The notes under the pieces: generated by a model
The model's input: only the letters and a program-made list of their open reading frames with translations
What the model was told of the DNA's origin: nothing
Databases searched by the model: none
NCBI GenBank assembly: GCA_963704435.1
Contig: OY969902.1
Span: 630,001-662,000 of the forward strand
Direction of reading: 5' to 3'
DNA from: an uncultured archaeon
GTDB taxonomy: Archaea > Micrarchaeota > Micrarchaeia > Micrarchaeales > CABMGC01
Length of the DNA stretch: 32,000 bases
Shown: positions 15,665-22,227 of the stretch, one piece after another
How the letters are laid out: every line of letters starts with the position of its first letter
Position numbering within the stretch: the stretch's first letter is position 1
Translations under genes and position numbers: made by a program

Positions 15665-15868
15665 ATGAGACTGCAGATGAGCTTGGAGGTGATCTTCAGC
15701 ATGCTGGTCGCGCTCTCGATAGCATTCTTCCTGTACACTGCCATCCTCTCGCCAAGCCTAGGCTTCGTTGCGGATTCGCGTGCAATCGGCAACATCTCGA
15801 ACACAATAGGTCATAAGGCGGCAGCATTGTCCTGTCTTTGCGGGCCCTGCCCTGCGGGAGGTGGCTAG
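15665..15868 (+). CDS. Class III signal peptide pilin-like protein (67 aa, Cys-rich C-terminus)
   Basis: MRL|QMSLEVIFSMLVALSIAFFLY has Gln +1 and Glu +5. It ends in CLCGPCPAGGG. The start abuts the previous stop (TGAATG). Confidence 0.6.
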   Translation: MRLQMSLEVIFSMLVALSIAFFLYTAILSPSLGFVADSRAIGNISNTIGHKAAALSCLCGPCPAGGG

Positions 15869-16244
15869 GATGAGGGCATTGATCATATCCCTGGATTTGC
15901 TCGTAGCTTCGCTCTTTGTCTTCCCGAGCGTCGGCATCCTGCTCCTCAGTGCGCGAGGCACGGAAGCGCACCTCTTGGCGCTTGCGACCGCCCAGAATCG
16001 GACCTTCGGCATCGTGTTCGTTTCCCAGGAGATATCGGGCGCCCTGGATTCCTTGAATCTGAGCGTCTCAGCGGCATCCGAGCTGTCAAACAGCATTGCG
16101 CTGTCAAACGGTTTTGAATCCCACCTGTCCTCCCCCGGAAACCTGACCCCCCGCTGCAATCCCTCAGACCTTTGCCGTTTCGTGACGGTTTCGGGGAATA
16201 CGTACTTGCTGGTGATTTCGGATGAGAATGCAAGCGAGCCTTGA
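15861..16244 (+). CDS. Pilin-like / minor pilus subunit candidate (variant N-terminal motif)
   Basis: MRA|LIISLDLLVASLFVFPSVGILLL (ATG 15870; the track starts at GTG 15861). The hydrophobic N-terminal helix carries Asp in place of Glu and lacks Gln +1. Confidence 0.5.
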   Translation: MARMRALIISLDLLVASLFVFPSVGILLLSARGTEAHLLALATAQNRTFGIVFVSQEISGALDSLNLSVSAASELSNSIALSNGFESHLSSPGNLTPRCNPSDLCRFVTVSGNTYLLVISDENASEP

Positions 16245-17499
16245 ATTTCTGCTGATAGCGAGCGCGGTAGCCGCCCTCAGCCTGAGCGTGATTTCACTAT
16301 ACGGAAAGAACATATCGGAGCAGCGCGGACTGCTTGATGTTGTAGCAAACAGCGTGCAGCCGGATTCCGCGACTTCCTATCTCCCAGCAAGCGCCAGCGA
16401 CCCGCAGGTTCTGATGTATGTTCCAGCGAATTCCACGGTCGGCAAGAGCGCCAGCGTGCAGATCACCTTCTATGGATGCTCGTATGGCACTGCGAGCGCG
16501 GCCCTGAGTTCCACATCCGTCTCCTTTGCAAGGAATGAATCGAGCATGGCCATGTCCGACATAGCGATGCTGGCCTTCCCGTTCACCCCGATAACGCCAG
16601 GCCCTGATCCCATAGAAGTAGGCTATGTCATCACGTGCGGGAATTATACTAAGAGCAATTCAACGGACTTCCTGACTTATGCCACATCAGGTGCTGGCAT
16701 CGCACCTGCTCTTTACTCGGCTAGCATAATGAACAGGAGCGAAAAGCTGTCGTACGCTCTGGAGAATCAGGGCACTATCCTGAACTTGGACGAGTGGAGC
16801 CGATGTACAGGGCCCGCGCTATTCAACGGCCAATCTGATTTGTCGCAGTGCGGGCAAAACTCATGGGACTATATGGCGTTCTCCTCATACTGCTATTACA
16901 CTGCAGACGTATCTCTGACTGCCACCTATTGCATGGCGCCAGTCGGAACGGTGTACGATATTAGCGACACCGGGGCGAATGCGGAATACGTCTACAATTT
17001 TACGCTTTTGCTGGGTTCTCCCTACGGCACGATGCGCTCAATACTGAACTATCGCCCGAACGAATCGAACCTCACCCTAAACAACAGGACAGTCGGCAAA
17101 GTTCGCGTCGAGAGCGTCAGCAGCTCCGACTCCGTACCCGCAACGACCCTGATCAGCGATGGCAGCACCTCCTATCCCGTCAATGAGACAGCATACCTGC
17201 AATACGTTGAGGCAAGGAACGACCTATACGGCACGTTGAGCTTCTATAACTCGTCAAGCGTCACATCCGACATTCAATCGGAGATACAGCAGGTGGTCCA
17301 GGCTTTCACAAGCTCGTACGCCGAACTTACAAGCGCCGCGCCATCCGGCGCAGCGTGCAACGTTTCTGAGGGCGAGTATGTTTGCAATGCCACGCATCCT
17401 TTCACATACGTGATAGAAGTTAACGTATCGAGCGGAATGCAATCGGGCAATCAGACGCTATCCTATCTCGGGTCGGTAATAGACATATCGAACAGGTAA
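16222..17499 (+). CDS. Large class III signal peptide protein (425 aa; candidate pilus tip/adhesin)
   Basis: MRM|QASLEFLLIASAVAALSLSVISLY has Gln +1 and Glu +5. The ~400-aa extracellular region carries more than 10 Cys and about 16 NxS/T sequons. Confidence 0.7.
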   Translation: MRMQASLEFLLIASAVAALSLSVISLYGKNISEQRGLLDVVANSVQPDSATSYLPASASDPQVLMYVPANSTVGKSASVQITFYGCSYGTASAALSSTSVSFARNESSMAMSDIAMLAFPFTPITPGPDPIEVGYVITCGNYTKSNSTDFLTYATSGAGIAPALYSASIMNRSEKLSYALENQGTILNLDEWSRCTGPALFNGQSDLSQCGQNSWDYMAFSSYCYYTADVSLTATYCMAPVGTVYDISDTGANAEYVYNFTLLLGSPYGTMRSILNYRPNESNLTLNNRTVGKVRVESVSSSDSVPATTLISDGSTSYPVNETAYLQYVEARNDLYGTLSFYNSSSVTSDIQSEIQQVVQAFTSSYAELTSAAPSGAACNVSEGEYVCNATHPFTYVIEVNVSSGMQSGNQTLSYLGSVIDISNR

Positions 17500-17503
17500 T
17501 CAG

Positions 17504-17905
17504 ATGCGCGCACAGTTTGCTACGATTGAGGCCATTCTGGCGATGTTCCTAGTGCTCTCAGCAGTCTCATTCGTGTCGGTTGGAATATCACTAGGCGATA
17601 GGAATTACTATTCAGAAAGCGGAAAGCTAGTACAGAGCATAGCGATATATGATGCAGCGGATCAGATAGCCAAAAATCTCAGCGCCAACGACTGCATAGC
17701 GCTCAGCGGAGCAGGAAATAATCCCGCCTGCGCAAGGAATCTAACAGAATCGTACAAAACCGCATTCGGGCTGAGCCAATTCGAGATAGTGGCTGCGGGT
17801 TTTGCCATAGGGAATTCCACAAAAAACAGCACCACAAGCTGCTTCCCAATATTCTTCGAGTCCGCAAACGCGACGTGCGAGGTATGCTTGATAGCAAGCA
17901 GCTAG
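17504..17905 (+). CDS. Class III signal peptide pilin-like protein
   Basis: MRA|QFATIEAILAMFLVLSAVSFVSV has Gln +1 and Glu at +6. Cys pairs (NDCIALSGAGNNPAC; TSC...ATCEVC) and sequons are present. Confidence 0.6.
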   Translation: MRAQFATIEAILAMFLVLSAVSFVSVGISLGDRNYYSESGKLVQSIAIYDAADQIAKNLSANDCIALSGAGNNPACARNLTESYKTAFGLSQFEIVAAGFAIGNSTKNSTTSCFPIFFESANATCEVCLIASS

Positions 17906-17913
17906 GTGACCCT

Positions 17914-18132
17914 ATGTCATTCTACGGACTCGTAATTGTATTCGTTGCACTATGCGTGGCCTTCTATATCGGCGCCTTTGTCAGCGAGATGGCCTGCATA
18001 AGCGCGATAAACCTCGCATTTGCGAGAGGGGGATCGACGATCCTGATGATGTCCTATCTGAGCGTGGCGCGCATGGGGAATATGAGCCAAGCGTACATCA
18101 ATTACACGATTGAAAACTTACTCACAAGATAA
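17914..18132 (+). CDS. Small membrane protein, last ORF of the pilus operon
   Basis: MSFYGLVIVFVALCVAFYIGAFV... has one clear TM helix. ATG 17914 avoids overlap with the preceding gene; the track ORF starts at 17875. No recognisable motif. Confidence 0.4.
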   Translation: MSFYGLVIVFVALCVAFYIGAFVSEMACISAINLAFARGGSTILMMSYLSVARMGNMSQAYINYTIENLLTR

Positions 18133-18703
18133 GCGGCGCAAGATAGTAGATTATGAATATTGTCAACGGGATAGAGACTGCAATTGCTGAGAGCACCTGC
18201 CACAAGGTATGCGCCTTTACTCGTATTCGCGAGGCGCCCACGAGGAGGGCGACAAGTATCGCACCAGCGAAGGCCGTGTAGCCGCACAGGTAAAGCAGCG
18301 AGACAGCAGGCCCACTTATTCCCCAGACATGCACGCTTATCTTGTCAACTCTGTTTATTAGGGATGCAGCCAACGTGTTTATCATATAAGAGAGCATAAG
18401 GGCAGTGACTATGAAATCCGCACGCATCACAAACAGAGCCATAAATCCTATGAAATACGAAGTTACTGCGACATAAAACAGCAGATCTCGTTTATCTTTG
18501 TTGCTAATGTAGAAATCTATATTTTTAATTTTGACATAGGCAATCAGTGATGCCAGAGGCACCAATACTGTGAACGCGATCGCTATGGCAAATTCCCCCA
18601 AAAGCGCAGGGAGATTTCCCATGATCAGAAATGCAAAGAAATACGCAGGAGTCAGCTGAGGCATAAATAGGAACGCTATTATTTTATGAATTGGATCCTC
18701 CAT
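18122..18703 (-). CDS. Polytopic membrane protein, PAP2 (acid phosphatase/lipid phosphatase)-like, tentative
   Basis: 193 aa with ~6 TM helices. ISVHVWG and ASRIRVKAHTLWQV resemble PAP2 motifs 2 and 3 (PSGH; SRxxxxxHxxxD with Q replacing D). The 5' half of the gene is markedly AT-rich. Confidence 0.5.
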   Translation of the reverse strand: MEDPIHKIIAFLFMPQLTPAYFFAFLIMGNLPALLGEFAIAIAFTVLVPLASLIAYVKIKNIDFYISNKDKRDLLFYVAVTSYFIGFMALFVMRADFIVTALMLSYMINTLAASLINRVDKISVHVWGISGPAVSLLYLCGYTAFAGAILVALLVGASRIRVKAHTLWQVLSAIAVSIPLTIFIIYYLAPLIL

Positions 18704-18729
18704 CAGAAAACCTATTTAAGCTAATACAA

Positions 18730-19332
18730 TCATTCCTCCCACCGCCATTTCTTAAGCTCTCTAATCACTTTGCGTCTGAACTCAGGATTGTATTTATTAA
18801 GGTACATTTTCAACTTGGTAAAATTGATGTTTTTCCTAAGCTTATCCATCAACTCCGGCCTAATAGGAATCCTGAAATAAGCCAAATCTATCGCCGTCTT
18901 CTCCAGATCTGATATTGGAATCCAGAACCCGCCATATTTCACAAGCTCGTAGCCAAATAGGAATCTCTTATCAATCCTTACCACTCTATAATTTATTCCT
19001 TCGAAAGTTCTCCTCCCTACTCTGACATTTCTGGTGCTAACCACCACGAAATTTGTCGCTTGCCCAGATATGCCTCTTATCGAAAGCGCATTTTCTAGAC
19101 CATAGTAGAAGGGTTGGAAGGCAAAGCCTACGACTGCAGCATTGTCGTGAAAGGTATACGTCCCCCGAGTTATTCTTTTTATCTCTCCGTTCCCCAAAAG
19201 ATTATGGATTAAGACATACAGGTAGCTATCGCTTATTTTCTTGTCCTTTAATGCTATGCGTAAGTCTGAGATTGTAAAGACAGGAAATGCATCTCCGCTT
19301 AGGTTCTGTCTGACGCAGTCTATGTATTTCAT
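18730..19332 (-). CDS. abiEi: AbiEi-family (type IV toxin-antitoxin) antitoxin/transcription regulator-like protein
   Basis: N-terminal wHTH pattern FTISDLRIALKDKKISDSYLYVLIHNLLGNGEIKRITRGTYTF (the ...G.l.ri.rG.Y signature of AbiEi). Its ATG overlaps the stop of the upstream nucleotidyltransferase gene (ATGA). Confidence 0.7.
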   Translation of the reverse strand: MKYIDCVRQNLSGDAFPVFTISDLRIALKDKKISDSYLYVLIHNLLGNGEIKRITRGTYTFHDNAAVVGFAFQPFYYGLENALSIRGISGQATNFVVVSTRNVRVGRRTFEGINYRVVRIDKRFLFGYELVKYGGFWIPISDLEKTAIDLAYFRIPIRPELMDKLRKNINFTKLKMYLNKYNPEFRRKVIRELKKWRWEE

Positions 19333-19979
19333 TTTAATTTTTCACCAATCAGCTTTATTATCTCATTAAAGCTTGGCGCTACTCCCGAATATATGATATC
19401 CTTCAATGCTTGTTCGTCTAGAGGAGGCTCCGCATGTTTAATGAATCTATCCAGTTTGCTCTTTGTTCCTCTGTTAATCTCCTTCAGACCACTTACTAAA
19501 AAGTAAAGATCATAAACGTCCCGGGCATATCTTCTACTTTCATAGGTCACTATCTTCTCAGCTATGAAGTCTTCCGCCTTAAGTGTTCTGACAAAAAGTT
19601 TTGTGCCATCTGCCTTTTCATATTCTTTCGAAATTGCCCGCAGTCCATTGGGCTTATCCATAATCTCCAGTTTGACTCTTGCCGTATCATTGAAGACAAT
19701 TATCCTCTTTGTACTGTACTTCGGGTATTCTAGCTTCGCTCCCCGTCTGTTAAGTTCCCATCCTAGACTGTGTTCAAGCTCCTTAAGCTGCGGTGCCGTT
19801 GCGTATACGTCAATATCGTCTGAGAACCTATTTCCACCATAACATCTCCAGATCGCCGTGCCCCCATGTAATATTATGTCCAGATCGACCCCGTACAGTG
19901 CCTCCACCAACCTGTCCTGCAAGTTTGCTAGGTTCTTTTGCTCGGGCGTTTTCAGCCTATTCTCCAGGGGTTCGTTCAT
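19329..19979 (-). CDS. abiEii: AbiEii/AbiGii-family nucleotidyltransferase toxin (DUF1814-like)
   Basis: DLDIILHGGTAIWRCYGGNRFSDDIDVYA matches the GGTAL...Y...R.S.DxD nucleotidyltransferase motif of AbiEii toxins. The 216-aa size is appropriate. Confidence 0.8.
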   Translation of the reverse strand: MNEPLENRLKTPEQKNLANLQDRLVEALYGVDLDIILHGGTAIWRCYGGNRFSDDIDVYATAPQLKELEHSLGWELNRRGAKLEYPKYSTKRIIVFNDTARVKLEIMDKPNGLRAISKEYEKADGTKLFVRTLKAEDFIAEKIVTYESRRYARDVYDLYFLVSGLKEINRGTKSKLDRFIKHAEPPLDEQALKDIIYSGVAPSFNEIIKLIGEKLK

Positions 19980-19987
19980 TTTACCAT

Positions 19988-20007
19988 ACTTATATTATAA
20001 TATAAGT
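19988..20007. promoter_or_regulatory. 20-bp perfect A/T-rich palindrome (acttatattataatataagt) 9 nt upstream of the abiEii start
   Basis: The inverted repeat is exact by inspection (acttatatta / taatataagt). It overlaps the expected TATA/TSS region of the abiE operon. Confidence 0.45.
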
Positions 20008-20075
20008 TAGGTAATTTAAACTTATTGGCGTTCTCGCTCAATTAAGGAGTTGCATCCAAAAGACCGACACTAAGT

Positions 20076-20195
20076 TGGCGGGGGAGTGATTCGAACCCTC
20101 GACCTCTAGATTTCTTAGCAATCATCGCCGAAGCTCATTACTCATAATGCTTCGCATATGAGTCTAGCGCTCTAACCAGGCTGAGCTACCCCGCC
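20076..20195 (-). tRNA. tRNA with anticodon CAU (elongator Met or Ile2) containing a 45-nt intron after position 37
   Basis: Hand fold:
- Acceptor GGCGGGG/CCCCGCC.
- D arm GCUC-AGCCUGGUUA-GAGC.
- Anticodon stem CUAGA/UCUAG, loop CUCAUA[intron]A.
- T arm GAGGG-UUCGAAU-CACUC (one mismatch).
- Discriminator A; no encoded CCA.

The intron (20112-20156) contains UAUGAG, which is complementary to the anticodon loop. Confidence 0.85.
20112..20156 (-). other. tRNA intron (canonical 37/38 position)
   Basis: Sequence UGCGAAGCAUUAUGAGUAAUGAGCUUCGGCGAUGAUUGCUAAGAA interrupts an otherwise standard anticodon arm. Confidence 0.75.
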
Positions 20196-20299
20196 AGCAA
20201 GAATTATCCCGCATATAAGAATATAAAACGCTACTAGGGAGAGCGCGGTCTAGCACTCGAGCAACGCATAAATAACCTGCAAGGCAAAGAAAGGTACAT

Positions 20300-20370
20300 G
20301 CCTCGGTGGTGTATTGGCTGCATGAAGGGTTGTGGACCCTCAGGACCGGGTTCGATTCCCGGCCGAGGCC
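20300..20370 (+). tRNA. tRNA-His (anticodon GUG)
   Basis: Acceptor GCCUCGG/CCGAGGC, U8, anticodon stem AAGGG/CCCUC, loop UUGUGGA, T arm CCGGG-UUCGAUU-CCCGG, discriminator C73. A cataaataa box lies ~26 nt upstream. Confidence 0.85.
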
Positions 20371-20383
20371 TATTTTCGATTAC

Positions 20384-20611
20384 TCATTTATTCCTGTAAT
20401 CGCTGCGTGAGCCTTCCTTAGAATCGAAATCGCGACCCCATCCACCTCCGTGCCTCGGGCGCATCCTTCTCATCATCATCGACTCTGCCATCATATAGCC
20501 ATTGATGAACGCTCGTAGCTCCTTCTCGCTCATGGAATCAAGCATCTCCTTTCGCATTTTCCACATCTTCATCCTGCCTTCCATCCTCTCGTTCCTTGCT
20601 TCGTCTTTCAC
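20384..20611 (-). CDS. Small Met/Arg-rich hypothetical protein (75 aa)
   Basis: MKDEARNERMEGRMKMWKMRKEMLDSMSEKELRAFINGYMMAESMMMRRMRPRHGGGWG... It is the only long ORF here, with plausible codon usage and a gcttatttatc box upstream. No known motif. Confidence 0.4.
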   Translation of the reverse strand: MKDEARNERMEGRMKMWKMRKEMLDSMSEKELRAFINGYMMAESMMMRRMRPRHGGGWGRDFDSKEGSRSDYRNK

Positions 20612-20701
20612 TTAACCACCGTAGTTAATTAGGTTTGAAGATAAATAAGCCTTTCCCGAGTCGGTGTTGGCCGAATGGGAAACGGCGGCAGGCCCCAAGG
20701 G

Positions 20702-22168
20702 TTAGAACAGCCAGATCGCCACGAACCGCATTAGCTTCTTCACGTTTTTCTGCAGTGCGCTTGAATTAGTCTTGACCGCCTTTACCAGTTCCTTGTACCT
20801 CGCCTTCTCCTCTGCCGAGAGCTTGCCTTCCTTGACTATTTCCTGCTTCTTGCCCTCGACTATCTGGGTCTCGGTCTTGCTTATTATGTCCTTCTTCACC
20901 ATCGAGTACCACTCATCGAGCGTCGTGGGCCTCTTTTTCAATATTGATACGAAATCGCTCATTTTTATCTTCCTTTTCTTGCCGGTCCTGTCCTCCTCAG
21001 CGGCGACTCTGAGCGCCGTCTTGTCGCAGATTTCGGTTATGTCCGCATGTGAGTAGCCCATGGTAGCCCTGGCAAGCCTTCCATAGTCTATGTCCTTTGC
21101 AAGAGGCATCTTTTTCGTGTTGTACTGGAACGCCGACTTTCTGGTCTTGTAGTCCGGCTGGGGAACGTATATCGACTCTCCGAGCCTTCCCGCCCTCTTG
21201 AGCGCGGGGTCAACGTCCCACGGCTGGTTCGTCGCGGTGATTACGAATATGCCCTCGGGGTTCTTCTCAACCCCGTCTAGCTCCTGGAGGAACTGATTCA
21301 CGGCCATCCTCATCGTGCTCTGCTGCTCGCCCTCCCTTTTAGTGCCGAGCGCGTCAACTTCATCGAAGAATATTATGCACGGTGCGTTCTTCCTGGCTTG
21401 ATCGAATATTGCGTGCATGTTCTTCTCGGTATTGCCTGCATACATATCCACGATCTCGTTTATGTTTGCGACTATGAACTTCGCCTTTGTCTCACCGGCG
21501 ATTGCTCTTACTAGGTGGGTCTTCCCACAGCCAGGCGGGCCATAGAACAGCGCGCCCATTCCTAGCTTCTTCCCGTACGCTCTCAGGAGCTCTGGCTTTG
21601 TCATGGCGAGTATGATGTTGTCGTGTATCAACTCCTTCTGTTTCTCCATACCCACGACGTCCTTGAATGTCGTGTTCGAGGTGAACCACCGTACCTGCTT
21701 CAACTGGCCCTCCTCTACGACGGTCTTGCTCTCGCTCTCTTTTCCAGTCGCGAGGACCTTTGCCCCCGCGCTGCCGGTCCTCTGCTTCAGCGCGTTGAGC
21801 CTCGTCTTCGCCTGCTCGTAGTGCGGGTTGTTCTTCAATGATTTCTCGTACCACTCGATCGCTGCGTCGGTGTCATGCTTGTACTCGCTTATTATCCCCA
21901 TGACATAGGGGGCGTCGCAGCTGTCCGGCTCTATCTCCAGCACCTTGTCCGCGTCCTTCACCGCGTTGTCGTACTGGTTGAGTATCGCGAACGAGAGCGC
22001 CCTGTTGAAGTATGCGCTCGAATAATTGGGGTCCTGATCGATGGCCTCGGAGTATAGCTTTATGGCCTCGTCGAACTTGTTCTCCTCGAACAGCCTTCCG
22101 GCCGAGTCGTACAGCTCCTTGGCGCGGGGATTGTTCGTGCCTGGCTTCTTTGCCGGTTCGCTTGCCAT
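20702..22168 (-). CDS. TPR-repeat AAA+ ATPase
   Basis: N-terminal TPRs (AIKLYSEAIDQDPNYSSAYFNRALSF...AIEWYEKSLKNNPHYEQA). The AAA module has Walker A FYGPPGCGKTH, Walker B CIIFFDEVDAL and ATNQPWDVDPALKRAGRLG (second region of homology). Confidence 0.85.
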   Translation of the reverse strand: MASEPAKKPGTNNPRAKELYDSAGRLFEENKFDEAIKLYSEAIDQDPNYSSAYFNRALSFAILNQYDNAVKDADKVLEIEPDSCDAPYVMGIISEYKHDTDAAIEWYEKSLKNNPHYEQAKTRLNALKQRTGSAGAKVLATGKESESKTVVEEGQLKQVRWFTSNTTFKDVVGMEKQKELIHDNIILAMTKPELLRAYGKKLGMGALFYGPPGCGKTHLVRAIAGETKAKFIVANINEIVDMYAGNTEKNMHAIFDQARKNAPCIIFFDEVDALGTKREGEQQSTMRMAVNQFLQELDGVEKNPEGIFVITATNQPWDVDPALKRAGRLGESIYVPQPDYKTRKSAFQYNTKKMPLAKDIDYGRLARATMGYSHADITEICDKTALRVAAEEDRTGKKRKIKMSDFVSILKKRPTTLDEWYSMVKKDIISKTETQIVEGKKQEIVKEGKLSAEEKARYKELVKAVKTNSSALQKNVKKLMRFVAIWLF

Positions 22169-22227
22169 CAGTACCTACCTGACATTAATGTCCTGCTTGT
22201 CAAATCTTATATTGCTTTTGCACCTAT

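Noticed and set aside
18122-18703. Possible prepilin peptidase (FlaK/PibD/EppA) adjacent to the pilus operon
   Set aside because: It lacks the two conserved Asp motifs (notably GxGD). Its motifs look PAP2-like instead.
18100-20200. Integrated mobile element with att repeats derived from the tRNA-CAU 3' end
   Set aside because: I could not find a direct repeat of the tRNA 3' segment (ggcgggggagtgattcgaaccc) near 18100-18730. There is no integrase or transposase ORF either. Only compositional evidence remains.
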